From Porphyridium purpureum (taxonomy: Eukaryota), in assembly GCA_008690995.1 (NCBI GenBank), contig VRMN01000002.1, positions 1,798,001 to 1,862,000 on the forward strand: a DNA stretch of 64,000 nucleotides, in the 5' to 3' direction. The position numbers and the translations under genes are program-made. Below are positions 18,216-29,557 of the stretch, piece by piece; within the stretch, counting starts at the first letter, position 1; the number at the start of each line of letters is the position of its first letter. Under the pieces are notes generated by a model. It was not told the DNA's origin. It saw only the letters and a program-made list of their open reading frames with translations, and searched no databases.

Positions 18216-18812
18216 ATGTATTCGGTGAACGCGTCGGCCGGACTGATGTTCTTCTCGGTCGTCGGGCTCACCGTTGCTCAGTACTTGTTTTACACGTCGG
18301 ATTTCTACGAGAACAAAATTCATCAGCGCGCATCCAGCTACGTACGTTTGAGGTAACTTCTTTCAGGAGATTTTGATCCATTGGATGCTCGTTGACAGAT
18401 GCCTTTCTGAGCGGCTGTGTAAAGGTGTTGAGTCTCGGCAACATGGCTGGCGTGCTCGTGTCGCGACTTTCGTGCGAGGTACCCCTTTTACTCGGAGATG
18501 CAGAGCGATGTATTGCGCTGCGCGGCTAGCATGGCAATGGCCTTGACTGCGTCCCTTTCGTTTTGTGTTCCTGCGATCAGTGGCTGACTGGAATCCCTTG
18601 TTTCTTTCTGGTTCGTGTCTTATGCCCCAATGCCGTAACTGTAATTTCTTCGTTTTGCTGTTCTTTGATGCATCTCGGATGCCATGACTGCCGCTCTCTC
18701 ATGCCTTGTTACTTAATGTATACAGCTCAAGAAGAAGGAGGAAGAGTACCAGACACTCCTCGCGTACCGTGCTAAGCGTGATGGCTTGGCGTCCCTCGTG
18801 CAGGATGAATGA
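18216..18812 (+). CDS. Predicted small two-exon single-TM protein (70 aa)
   Basis: Exon 1 18216-18341 (MYSVNASAGLMFFSVVGLTVAQYLFYTSDFYENKIHQRASSY); intron 18342-18725 (GTACGT...CTTAAT...TACAG); exon 2 18726-18812 (LKKKEEEYQTLLAYRAKRDGLASLVQDE*). The phase-0 join is in frame. Confidence 0.6.
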
Positions 18813-18935
18813 TGCAAATGGTTGTATAATGGCCGCTCGCAAGCTGCTTTGCGGGCGGATGATGCGTTCGCAGCGCTCATGCAGCGATGAGTTCTGAATA
18901 AAGCCGAGCCACCCGACGCGCACTCACGTCTTGCC

Positions 18936-20870
18936 ATGGTTTTGATCTCGGCGTTCCACTGTACTCGATGTACATTTTACACGCGGAGCTCCAGTGTGTG
19001 TGTAGGCGGCGCGCAGGACCAAGGGACGTGTGCAATGATTATGGAGCACGATCGCCCAGCAAGGCCCCCGCCGCGCCAATGGGGCAGTCAGGCGCTCGCG
19101 GGCTTTCACTCCTCGTCCTTATCGTGCCGGTCTGGAGCGGCTAGAACACAATGCATTGTGCCTTTCTGGATGGCACGTGTCTTGTGCAGAAAGACGGGGA
19201 AAACAACGAGAGCGATAGCCCGAAAGCGGGTTTTATACACGTCAGTCGTCGGGCCGGCATATGATGGGGGCATGAACAGCACATCCTGTGGAGATGCCCA
19301 CGCGCGGAAAAGATTCTCAGTGACCTCTATGGCAGAGCAGAACAACTATCATGACCGGATGCAAGGCGCAGCCACGACCGGGAACGAAAACGACTGCTCG
19401 TCATCGTTCATGCGGCGTCAAGACAGCGCGCAGCCCAGAGCAACTAGTAGGAGATCGTCGATGTCTGGCGCTGCGCAAGCATTCCCGCTACTTGAACCAA
19501 TACCTCTCGATGACTCAATGCGGGAAGCTCTGCAAGGTGCTCTCGAGAGACTATGTGCGGAACAGCCGCTGATGCAGATGCGTATATGGGAGCGACTGAA
19601 CGAGTATGGGAGCGTGGGCGCTGAGTGGCGTCATGTCATCGAGTGCTTGGTCGAATACGAGTTTCGCGGAACCTTGATCGCACGCATCTTGGAGAGGGAG
19701 CCTCAACTGCTTCGCGCTTCTGTTAGAAAGCATATCTTACCCGTGCTTGAATTTTTTAGGCTCGTCTTGTCTCTGCAGCGCCCCGGAATGGCGCAAATAC
19801 TGCGGCATTGTCCCGCGCTTTTGCTTGAGCCGGTCGACAAGATGAAAGTTGTGCTCGCCGTGCTGAAAACGCTCGATTTTCGCGACGAGGATTTGCAATT
19901 CCTCCTAAAAGATTTCCCGAGCCTGTTTTGTGCGAAGCCGGAAGACATGTGCACTTTGATAGAGCTTTTGTGTGGCGAAGAGTTTTCAATGAGTCGGCGC
20001 GAATTGCGCCCCATTGTTCGTCGGGCTCCGTGGATTCTGACTTTGGATCCACACACGCAAGTGATTCCGGGTCTGACCTTTCTGCGCGCATTGGAGTTAC
20101 CTTCTGTGAGAGACGCTGTTCGCATAGGACCGCAACTGCTTCTACCAGAGTCTGTCGACGTGATGACCCGCGTTTATGAATACTTAATGAAGCTGGGCAT
20201 ATCGCAAGCTGGAATCCGTCGCTTGGCGCCATTATATCCGACCATTTTCCTGGCAGATCCAGATCAGGAGCTGGAGCCTGTTATCCAAGTTCTCCGCGGC
20301 ATTGGCTTGTCGCAAGAAGAGTTGTGTCGGGGGATAGTAAGCTTTCCCAACATGTTGATGCTCAGTGTGGAAACCCAGATCATTCCCGTTGTTGAATTTC
20401 TGCGATCCAGAAATGTGCAAAATGTGGCTCGCGTCGTCGCGAAAAATCCAGCTGTATTAACGTACGATGTCACGACTGTGCTTGCGCCAAAGGTAGACTA
20501 CCTTGAGAACAGGCTGGGCCTTTCTTCTTTTGATCTCTTGATCTTTCCGGCGTATTTCTCCTACTCGCTCAGCGATCGGATCGTGCCGCGTACCTTGTTT
20601 CTCAAAAGACTAGGCATTAGTATTGCCGACGCGGGTCTTTCGAACGCCATCTCTTTGACGGACGAGGACTTTTGTCGCTGGACTGCTCGTGTGCCCCGTG
20701 AAGAGTACGACAGCTTTTTGAACTCTGCAGGTCTAATGAGTATGGAGGACTCGAGGCTGTCTCGGAGAGCAGCTCGCCAGCGAAGGCGAAGACGGCGTCA
20801 GCGGTTGTTACGCCACGCAAATTCGAGTTTGAAAGAACATGCGGCTGCAAATAAGACGGGAAGGTCCTAG
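18936..20870 (+). CDS. mTERF family protein (organellar)
   Basis: Repeated ~35-aa units with P-x-LL / PVxxFL (e.g. NPAVLTYDVTTVLAPKVDYL, FPAYFSYSLSDRIVPR); start uncertain. Confidence 0.9.
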   Translation: MVLISAFHCTRCTFYTRSSSVCVGGAQDQGTCAMIMEHDRPARPPPRQWGSQALAGFHSSSLSCRSGAARTQCIVPFWMARVLCRKTGKTTRAIARKRVLYTSVVGPAYDGGMNSTSCGDAHARKRFSVTSMAEQNNYHDRMQGAATTGNENDCSSSFMRRQDSAQPRATSRRSSMSGAAQAFPLLEPIPLDDSMREALQGALERLCAEQPLMQMRIWERLNEYGSVGAEWRHVIECLVEYEFRGTLIARILEREPQLLRASVRKHILPVLEFFRLVLSLQRPGMAQILRHCPALLLEPVDKMKVVLAVLKTLDFRDEDLQFLLKDFPSLFCAKPEDMCTLIELLCGEEFSMSRRELRPIVRRAPWILTLDPHTQVIPGLTFLRALELPSVRDAVRIGPQLLLPESVDVMTRVYEYLMKLGISQAGIRRLAPLYPTIFLADPDQELEPVIQVLRGIGLSQEELCRGIVSFPNMLMLSVETQIIPVVEFLRSRNVQNVARVVAKNPAVLTYDVTTVLAPKVDYLENRLGLSSFDLLIFPAYFSYSLSDRIVPRTLFLKRLGISIADAGLSNAISLTDEDFCRWTARVPREEYDSFLNSAGLMSMEDSRLSRRAARQRRRRRRQRLLRHANSSLKEHAAANKTGRS

Positions 20871-21400
20871 TTCGCTTGCGATCATGTCGGCCGCGTGTTT
20901 GGAACTCCTTCTCTTCTGCGGGAAAGGTCTTGTTTCATGGAATGGATGGAAAGCGTCCAGGAAATGGTCAGAAGAGTACTGTGGCTTCGTGCTGAGTTGG
21001 TGGCTTTCCAAGCTCAGCATGCCCTCCGGTGCGCACGGGCCAGACTTGAGGACCCAGGGAGTGCCTCGCGATCGTCAAAGTAAAGCTGGTTAGTTTCAGT
21101 ACTTGTCATGGCCGATACGGCCGGGGACTCTGTATTGTGAAAGAGTTCAAGTTGTGTCTGAATATTTTCGATGAAAGGCGCGCATGCAAGCAAGAGCTTT
21201 TCGTTACTTGGTCGATCTAAGAGTTCGCATGGTCATTATGATGGTCGGTCAAAGGACATCGCGGTTGCGCAGCCGTGTCGCGTGCGGTGCAGCTTTTCAT
21301 GCCGTCCTGCGTGTGATACGCCGCGGAAAGTTCTGTCTGATGATTGTCGTCTGATTAAACTCTTGACGTCCTCTGGACAGCGTGTCCGGACGTGCAACTA

Positions 21401-21913
21401 TCACTCACAGAAACGTTCTTCCTTTTCATGAGTTTCAACGTCACGCCTTCCGTCCTCCGTCAATTCCTGCTCCTCGATTGGCGCCTTGCGAGCGGCCGTC
21501 GTCATTGTCTGGGTCGACGGGATCTCCGCAGCTGTCGCTGCGACATGCAAACCCGTGTAATACCCTGCCGAGTAACCCGCTTGATAACCTGTCTGGTACC
21601 ATGAAATCAAAAGTGCGTGCAATTGCGCATAGTCTGTGATTCCATTCAGCGGCGGAGGCGCAGGTATCAGAAGAGCGGGTGAATCATCGCCACACTCTGT
21701 CTTTGCTTCCTGGTGAGAGGCACCTTCCGCCCGTCCGGTTTCCGGGGCCGCTGGGTGGGTGCTTCGAATCTTGTCTGCCTGTTTCTCCGAACGTGCATCT
21801 GCATCGCTATCGGCACGTCTGCTACGCTTTTGCTCATCAGCTGCTGATGCGTATGATGCCAGTGCGTGGTCCCACGCTTCGATCAGTTCCGTGTCGTCCC
21901 ACACTTCATTCAT
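21401..21913 (-). CDS. SMN: Survival motor neuron (SMN)-like protein
   Basis: N-terminal Gemin2-binding VWDDTELIEAWD; PAPPP; YG box LLISWYQTGYQAGYSAGYYTG. Confidence 0.88.
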   Translation of the reverse strand: MNEVWDDTELIEAWDHALASYASAADEQKRSRRADSDADARSEKQADKIRSTHPAAPETGRAEGASHQEAKTECGDDSPALLIPAPPPLNGITDYAQLHALLISWYQTGYQAGYSAGYYTGLHVAATAAEIPSTQTMTTAARKAPIEEQELTEDGRRDVETHEKEERFCE

Positions 21914-22082
21914 TCTTCACTTTCTATAAGTGTCCGTGACGTTGCAGCAAGCTAATGGAGCCCGGATGTGAAAGAGTCTTTATACAATCAGCTATATATT
22001 CAAGTGCCGAAGCCTGTGCATTCCGGAAGTCGGTCTTTTCAACAAAGTCCAAGCCGTGCGTCGCAAAGCCATGGCCAACGCA

Positions 22083-22589
22083 TCACTTGCGAGAAAAGAT
22101 GTCCAGCAACTGGCGGTTATTTGCCTTCAGAAATTGATGACGTTTGCCACCAGGGACCATCAGGCCTTCTTTTCGCTGGCTGCGCCGCTCAAACACCTGC
22201 TGCGCGGTCCTGCGGTTGCGCGGTGTCTGTTCGCAGGGATCCTGCTCCTCCAGCGATGGGTTCGCAAGATTCTGGCAGCGCGAGGTGAGAACACCGCGTT
22301 CGATGCGTACCGCGAAAGCGCCTTGAAAGCCCAGGTTCGAACCCACCGCTCTCCCCGAGATTCCGCCAGAATCTGTGTCGTGCTGCACCAGCAAGACTGT
22401 GTCATTTCTGTCCTCAGGCTCCGTCCCGCTGCTATCCTGGCTGGACGAAAGATTCGAGACTGCAACAAACCGGCGCGCCTTGCGGTCGTCGTCATCGAAC
22501 GTTCCCACGTGCAGCGAGCTGCACCGGTCTTCGTTCAGGCTCCATACAGCAGAAGCTGCCTCCATGTCGATCTCGTCTCGCTTTCTCAT
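22083..22589 (-). CDS. Hypothetical protein
   Basis: 168-aa ATG ORF between SMN and CWC25 on the same strand; no recognisable motif. Confidence 0.35.
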   Translation of the reverse strand: MRKRDEIDMEAASAVWSLNEDRCSSLHVGTFDDDDRKARRFVAVSNLSSSQDSSGTEPEDRNDTVLLVQHDTDSGGISGRAVGSNLGFQGAFAVRIERGVLTSRCQNLANPSLEEQDPCEQTPRNRRTAQQVFERRSQRKEGLMVPGGKRHQFLKANNRQLLDIFSRK

Positions 22590-23010
22590 TATACGCAGCT
22601 GTCCCCCTTGGCTGTCTTCGCGTCCCTTCCCTTTGTGCCGCTGCTTGAACGATTTAGCGAGTCAACGCTCTCACGTGCGGCATCCCGCCGAGTTTTAGAG
22701 AGCGCGGCAGTTCCAGCAGTCGCTACGAACGTTGCCATCGATGTGTGGTCACTCGTCCACTGCACTGCTCTCATGTTCTCGCTCATAAGCAAATGGCGTG
22801 GAAGCCGAGGAACAAATCGCACATCACTGGAGTCAGATTGCTTCACAACGGTAATTTCTACACGAACGTGCACTGCGTGTGTGAAGTGGAGCATGTTGTA
22901 CTTATTGTTCGGGGTGGATATCAGGCACACACACACACAAACACACGCTCTATCTCTTTATCGCAAATATATCCTTCCGCGTGTAACAGGACTTGGCAGG
23001 TACCATTCAA

Positions 23011-23952
23011 TCACTTGCGCGACTTTTTCTCGCGCCGCCGAGAGCTCCTGCGGTTTCCCGAAGAGGAGGAGCAGGATTTTTTCGAGCGGTTCTTGCTCGT
23101 GCTGCCGTTCCGCTTGCGCTGGCGCTTCCTCTCCCGCATTCCTGATGTATCATCGCTCGAGCTCGAGCTCGAGAAGCGAGCATTGTCGCGAAGACTTTCA
23201 CTGTCGCTGCTGTCGCTCGAGTACTCGCTCGGTCTCGGGCGGCGCCCGAGCGGATCGAGGCTCTTTCTCACCCTGCGCACGTCACCGTTTGCGCGCCGAG
23301 ATGACGTCGAAGCATGCTTGCGTTTTCTCGGATTCAGGTTCTGCGGAAATATGTCCACGGTATCCTCGGCAAGCCCCGAGTTGCACGCGTCAAATTCAGA
23401 GATCGACTCACTGGGACGTGGGATGGTACCCATGGTTACATTTGTCATTACGAGCCGGTCCTCTTCTACCTGCATCATAGACAAGGGATCTTCTCGGACT
23501 TTGGTCGCTGCATCCACGAGCCGAACGTGATCGAAAGGTTCGGCAGTGTTCGGGCTGATCTCATGGCCCAACGACGCACCGCTGGCTGCCGCATCCAGCG
23601 ACACTATCGCGGGCTGCTGAGCCTTGTCACGCGCTGAAAACGAGGCAGCGCGTTTCCCCAGCAAAAGCTCTTCGCGCTCACCGTCCTGTGCGTCTTGCTT
23701 GCCAAACTCATACATCCATTCTAATTGTGTACGGCTCTTAAATGCTGCTGCGGTACGGCTTGCGCCGTTACTTACCTCGGCTCCGATTCTCTGCAAATCC
23801 TCAACGTGGCGCTCATGCTCGATTTGCTTGCGTAGCTCTGCCACGCGCTTTTCCTCGAGCGCATCCCGCTGCTCGGCTTGCCAGACGCGCTCATTGTTCC
23901 TTAGCGTGCGCGTGTGCCACGACTTTTTGTTCAGGAAACTCAGCGCTGACAT
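23011..23952 (-). CDS. CWC25: Pre-mRNA splicing factor CWC25-like
   Basis: FLNKKSWHT...NNERVWQAEQ (Cir_N), LEWMY, KVREDPL, Ser/Arg/Lys-rich tail; ATG 23952. Confidence 0.88.
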   Translation of the reverse strand: MSALSFLNKKSWHTRTLRNNERVWQAEQRDALEEKRVAELRKQIEHERHVEDLQRIGAEVSNGASRTAAAFKSRTQLEWMYEFGKQDAQDGEREELLLGKRAASFSARDKAQQPAIVSLDAAASGASLGHEISPNTAEPFDHVRLVDAATKVREDPLSMMQVEEDRLVMTNVTMGTIPRPSESISEFDACNSGLAEDTVDIFPQNLNPRKRKHASTSSRRANGDVRRVRKSLDPLGRRPRPSEYSSDSSDSESLRDNARFSSSSSSDDTSGMRERKRQRKRNGSTSKNRSKKSCSSSSGNRRSSRRREKKSRK

Positions 23953-25176
23953 CCAGGCGAGTTCGGGGTGGGGCCGGGAACCCTGCGCCTGATCTGCGGC
24001 GAAAGAAAAGCGAACGGCTCCACGCGCCCTTCCGTGCTTGAACAGAACGCCAACGTCCCCCCGAGACACAAGGCGCCGTCACAACTGAGGAACAACGCCA
24101 AACAGAACGTATGCGCGCCGCGCCAGTTCCAACCTCATAAACGAGGGCGCCGCACGCGCGCCACACTTTGAGCAAGTCTGCGACACGCGCCCCGATTCGT
24201 CCGACGTGTCAGATGCGCCGCCCACCCGCCACGGTCACCGCGCAACCCACTTGCGTCGTGTCCGGCTGCGCCTCCTCCCCTTCCGCGCGAGTCTTGGCGC
24301 ATACGTGCGTGCGTGCATGCGAGCGCGGTCGACCGCCTTTCTTCTGTCTCCTATCCCGCTCTCTCTCTCTTCCTCATCAAACGTGAACTGAGTGCCTTTT
24401 TCCTGTCGCTGGTGCCAACGCCGCTTGCCACTCCGTATCACGAACCGCTCTTGTTCACCACACGACGCCCTTCAGTGCACACCGTTTCCGCCACTCCGAG
24501 TGGAACCCGCGCGCGCGTGCTATCAAAAAAGGCCCGTTTCATGATCGCCACGCCGTCCCGCTTACAATCCGCTGTTCATTCGACGCTCTGCCTCCTCCAC
24601 CCGCGCTGGCGAAAAGCCAGCGTGGTGATAGGCTTCAAACACACCACTCGCAACCACCGCACTCGCATCACCAAACGAGCGCGTTTGGTCATAAACATCC
24701 GCCTGTGGGTGCCAACGCGTAACAAACAGAACCCACGCAGAAAAGTCACGCTTAGCTCAAAACGACAATGATGGCGGCTGTACACTACACAGAAATGTCA
24801 GCTGTACTTCAATGGAAGGTTTGCGAAGCAGATGGAGCCTCATTTCGGGCAATTGGCCATTGGCACATTGTCGGCGTGCCGCATGGGGTATGGTTCGGTC
24901 TGATGGTTGGTCGCACACATCGCGCGCGCGTTGGTCGGGCGGTCGTCTGAACGCAATTGGCGCCTCGTTGACGCTCCTTCACGCTTCTTCACGCTTGGTT
25001 TTCTGTGAGCCGTATAAATGACGCACACACCCACACCCACACACACAAAGCTTCGTGCTGTGCTCGCGGTTGCCCGGAGCGGCTACATCAGCTGTGCACA
25101 GACGCATTGGCCCTTCGCGTGTTTCAGCGGAAAGAGGGATAAACAGAGCAAAGCTACGGCCGGGCGGGGATCTGCA

Positions 25177-25992
25177 ATGATGCTCGGCAAGCCGAAAAGC
25201 TTCGCGCGCCCGCGCGCCTCGATTGCGTGGGCAGGTACGATTGTCTTCGTTTGCGTATGCGGCTTCCTGGTGACTCTGGTCCGAAGCGCGCCATTGCCGG
25301 AGAACGGGGCAGAATCGCCTTCTGGTGGTATCACGTGGAGAAACGCAGCCTCCAGAATAGCAGCTCTTCTTGGGATCAAAACGATTCACGGTTACGGAAG
25401 TGAAGAGTTCGGACCGCTGGTTGCTCCCATGGCTGCCTTGCCGCGCAGCGCTGCCCACGCATCATTTTACGCAAAGGACCTATCAGTCATTGGAGGAGTT
25501 GCAGACATGTACACTCGCAGAGCAGTGGAAACGGCTCCTCGTAAGCATTTGCTGGACGATGACCCGCCACGGAAGACGAGGGAAATGACTGTTCAGCGCA
25601 AGTGGCAACCAATCGACTTTGACGGGGTTATTGCTGCCGCCCCTCGCCGACGTCTACTTGCTGAACCGATAACAAACGGCAGCAACGAAACCGGAAGCCG
25701 CAGCCAGCCTCGGCGCGAGATTGAAACGGGTTCCGTGATGTCTCCGGCGCGCAGCCTGGCCGGCTGGGCCGAACGTCCGCAGTCGATGCAGATTCAGTCG
25801 GCTCCTCCGCGAAGCGAGGCGACGCTACTTGTGAATCCCTGGCTCATACTCATGTCGTGCCTTGTGCTGGGGAACACGGGGGGCGTTGTACTTCAAGCCT
25901 TGTCTTTGCGTGCGCAGATCCGCCGGGATTCAGAAATTCTGAAGAGCGCTGACATTTGCAGCTTTCCCACCTCGTCTGTAGGGTATGCATGA
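25177..25992 (+). CDS. Hypothetical membrane protein (N-terminal signal anchor, C-terminal TM)
   Basis: Hydrophobic IAWAGTIVFVCVCGFLVTLV and LLVNPWLILMSCLVLGNTGGVVL; recurrent RxLLA motifs. Confidence 0.55.
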   Translation: MMLGKPKSFARPRASIAWAGTIVFVCVCGFLVTLVRSAPLPENGAESPSGGITWRNAASRIAALLGIKTIHGYGSEEFGPLVAPMAALPRSAAHASFYAKDLSVIGGVADMYTRRAVETAPRKHLLDDDPPRKTREMTVQRKWQPIDFDGVIAAAPRRRLLAEPITNGSNETGSRSQPRREIETGSVMSPARSLAGWAERPQSMQIQSAPPRSEATLLVNPWLILMSCLVLGNTGGVVLQALSLRAQIRRDSEILKSADICSFPTSSVGYA

Positions 25993-27012
25993 TTGGAGGA
26001 GCTTACAACAACGTACCCTATGCCAGCGCTACCTTGCCATGCTAGCCCAAAGGGACAAATCGCGTTTGCTCCTGTTGTGGTCAGTTTTCAGTTTCCTTGT
26101 CGCTGTCGTAGAACTTGGAGCGGAACAGAGCGAACGCGTGGTTGCGTCAGCAGCGCCGCTGTCCGTGTTCCGTTCCACGCCCGTAAATGTGTGCGCCGCT
26201 GTCGGAACACGCGGCGGGTGCGTACTTGTTGGTCACGTCGCGGAAACGCGCAGGGTGCACGTCACCACCTAAAAGCCCTAATCGCCCGCACTCTATACTG
26301 AGACGTGCGTTCAGCTAGATCTCTCCACGCGATACACAACCTCGTATCTGAATCTGACTCCACCAACGTCCAACACTCTTCCTACCAGCGCGCGTGGATG
26401 CGTGTTTGCGGGTCAAATTTAGCTAGGTAGCTCGCGCGAAAAGTGCAGTCGGCCGTGGAAGAAATCAAGGACGTTGGAATCGGACGATGCTTCCAGGTCC
26501 GCACGGACTGACTCACCCGCACCAAAAATGCGAGGAGCGAGCGCGGCGGTCTATGCAAACTCTCGCGCTTTCTCATATCGTGTTCCACCCTCCGCGTCAC
26601 CCCGCCATCTCGTGTGTTCTTCGTGCCCTCCGCCGAAGCGACGACTCGACCATTCCTTTCATTTCCTAGCGCCAGCCGTTTTTTTCGGTCATGCTGGTGT
26701 AGTGTTGGATGCATGCATGTCCAGCATATGCATACATACTAGTAGCGCCGCCATTGCACTTGCGTTTATTTTCGTCTTGTTTCTCGGTTTTCTTCTTTTT
26801 CTGTGGCGTTTACCCACAAGAGAGAGAGAGATGCATTGCGGGTATTTAAACGGGCGGGCAAGCATTGCGTCGGAGTGGATGGGGATACCAGCAGAGGAGG
26901 AGGGAGTGAAGGAAGCACGGCAAGGCGGTGAGAGTGAGGGAATGCCGGCCGGCTCGCTTCTTCGACACAGACGGTCCGTCGATGTGTAGCGTGCGCGAGG
27001 CGTGAGGAGAGA

Positions 27013-28986
27013 ATGGGGCTCGTGCATTCTGGCAGGACGCTCGAAGGCGAGCGGAGGAACAGCACGGACGGCTCCGCCGAGAGCGGCGCGGGCGGTGCGT
27101 CGGTATCGTCCGCGAATAGTGGCTCGGTGTGTGGTGCCGCACTGCCAAGTGCAACTTTGCCGATTCCCACCAAGGCGGGCGGTGCAAGATACGACGTGGC
27201 CGCGCGCGCGCGCTCGCTGGGCGATGGCCACGGCAAGGAGCATGAGCCGGCGCCCGATTGTGACGACGAACAAGAGAGCAGCAGCTACATTGAACACGAC
27301 GAGGCGGCTTACTGGGGCGCGTCAATGCAGTCACGGCCGTCGCTGACGAACAGAATCAAAATCCCGGACGTTGAGAGAGCCTCGACCCAGCCGAACGCGG
27401 TGCCGTATGAGACCACCAGTTTGGGTGATGAATCGGGAGTCGCGGCGCCGCGTCACGGCTCGTTCCTGGCAGCTGGCCCAATGCTCGCAGAATGTGTGGG
27501 CTCGGGGCTGACCAGACGATCAAGTTCCAAGGTCGAATTCAGCAAGCGCGTGTTAGAAAACTATTTTGCAGACCTCGGGCGTTGGCAGCGCGAACGCAGA
27601 TTTCGCTTGCAGCAGCACAGAATGCTGCTCTCGCTCGAGGCGGACGAAAATGCCCGGTTCCGCTTAGAGTGTTTATTCCGAGAACAAGAGCGTGAGCTCT
27701 TTTACGAGCAGCGCAAACCAATTGGGCCACAAGACTTCATGAACATATTTGTTGTCGGTCGAGGCTCTTCGGCTGAAGTTTCTGTGGTTCGTTGTTTGCG
27801 AAATGACCGCTTCTATGCGATAAAGAAAATGGCCAAGGCAAGCTTTTGCCGGGGCAAATCGCGCGCCGCGCGCGCGTGGATTGAGCGGCAGGTTCTGTTG
27901 TACTCGGAATCACCATTCCTCGAGCAGTTGCGCTTTTCATTCCAGGACGCCGAGTTTTTGTACCTGGTGCTTGAATTTTCGGCCGGCGGCGACCTCATGT
28001 CCATGCTTATTCGAGAGCACGTTTTGCCCGAGCGCGAGGTCAAGTTTTACGGGGCAGAAATCCTACTAGGAGTTGAGGCTTTGCACAACATGGGCATCAT
28101 CCATCGTGACCTCAAGCCGGACAATATCTTGTTCAGCAACACTGGGCACGCCAAAGTCTGCGATTTTGGACTTTCTAAAAGCGTTTGGCTAGATGACGAC
28201 AGGGGGACGCTAGACAGCTGGCCGACTTCAATTGCGGATGTTCAGGATTTGTCTCAAACAGAGCGCGCGGCGCTGTGGCGCCAATTGGCACGCAAGCAGA
28301 AAATGACAATCCTCGGCACTCCAAACTATTGTGCTCCAGAGGTGCTTGAGGGTGAGTACGATACTTCTGCAGACTGGTTCAGTTTTGGATGTATTTTGTA
28401 CGAGATGCTGGTTGGCTACGCCCCATTTTCGTCGCAAGACGTGGCGAGCACCTGCTTCAAAATTGCGCGTCTAGAGGAGTTTTTCGAAATCCCAGAATCG
28501 GCGGGCTTGAGTGATGAAGCATGTGACCTGCTGTCATTGTTGATCTGCCGGCGCGCGATGCGCTTGAATGCCGCGAGCATACGAGCACATCCTTTCTTTG
28601 CGGGCATCGACTGGGACACTTTGCACTTGAGCGAACCTCCGTTTGTGCCGGAATTGGAGAGTGAGATCGATCTGCGCTACTTTGAAGACTTTCTCGAATC
28701 GAACTCGCAGGCCGCGGGTCCGGACCATGATCAGACAAACTGTCAGTTTTTGTCGCCCCTTAAAAATGCAGCTCTCTACTCTGAGGAGGAAAATGACTTT
28801 TGCACAGTTGCTTCTCGTATCTCGCCGGAGAGTAGCTCGATTGCCTCGCGGAAGAGCTCGCGACTTGTTTTCAGCGACGTAATTACCGATCTGGATGTCT
28901 CCTTTGCGGGCTTTACGTGCAAGAGACTGAACGGGCATTCGGGACGAAGGAAACTGGAGTACAGCATGTTTGATGCAGCGCATTAA
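27013..28986 (+). CDS. NDR/LATS-family AGC Ser/Thr kinase
   Basis: N-terminal LENYF...ERRFR regulatory segment; YAIKKM, HRDLKPDN, DFGLS, GTPNYCAPE; PPFVP; hydrophobic motif FAGFTCKR. Confidence 0.93.
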   Translation: MGLVHSGRTLEGERRNSTDGSAESGAGGASVSSANSGSVCGAALPSATLPIPTKAGGARYDVAARARSLGDGHGKEHEPAPDCDDEQESSSYIEHDEAAYWGASMQSRPSLTNRIKIPDVERASTQPNAVPYETTSLGDESGVAAPRHGSFLAAGPMLAECVGSGLTRRSSSKVEFSKRVLENYFADLGRWQRERRFRLQQHRMLLSLEADENARFRLECLFREQERELFYEQRKPIGPQDFMNIFVVGRGSSAEVSVVRCLRNDRFYAIKKMAKASFCRGKSRAARAWIERQVLLYSESPFLEQLRFSFQDAEFLYLVLEFSAGGDLMSMLIREHVLPEREVKFYGAEILLGVEALHNMGIIHRDLKPDNILFSNTGHAKVCDFGLSKSVWLDDDRGTLDSWPTSIADVQDLSQTERAALWRQLARKQKMTILGTPNYCAPEVLEGEYDTSADWFSFGCILYEMLVGYAPFSSQDVASTCFKIARLEEFFEIPESAGLSDEACDLLSLLICRRAMRLNAASIRAHPFFAGIDWDTLHLSEPPFVPELESEIDLRYFEDFLESNSQAAGPDHDQTNCQFLSPLKNAALYSEEENDFCTVASRISPESSSIASRKSSRLVFSDVITDLDVSFAGFTCKRLNGHSGRRKLEYSMFDAAH

Positions 28987-29557
28987 CTTGGATAGGTGTT
29001 TGGCTGCATGACGCGCGCTGGCTGTCCGTTCTCATGTGGCTGGGCGATGCGCTCGACATCATGCGGCTTGTGTACAATGGCAGTTTGATTATAAATATGT
29101 ACGTGTATTTTGTATTAAGATATGCAAAGTGGGCTGAGGCAGAGTCGAGGAAAGTGCGACCAATACGAATTAGGGCCAATCAATCACCGGGTAACACGTG
29201 CGGGATCCGCGTGGTCCCTGCGTGGCCACACAATATCGGCGACCACATCATCACACAATCTGCCGGTCTCACTTTCACGTTTGACGTTAATAAATACGTG
29301 AAAAAATGCCTTGGAAGGAGATAAAGTTGAAGTGTTCACCAGATTTGATCATTTCATTTCCTGGTGGAAGGCGTGGGACGGAGTTGCGTTCGGGAAGACC
29401 TGTTCAAGCTCGTGTTCTTTTAACTGTGCTGAGTCTCCTCGAGCCATTGCGAGCGCTGCGTTTCACCAAGCTCATACGAATCGGGTCTGATCTCACGGCC
29501 TCATTCATTGCGTTCTTTTGTCTCGTTTGACATCACGAATTGGTTTCCCCGCTGCTG

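Noticed and set aside
18810..18890. Possible Sec read-through of the microprotein TGA (DE*C)
   Set aside because: No resemblance to SelK or SelS and no convincing SECIS.
22056..23530. Long + strand ORFs (474 aa and 261 aa)
   Set aside because: They are largely antisense to CWC25 and the adjacent ORF, have no motifs, and fit GC-rich shadow ORFs.
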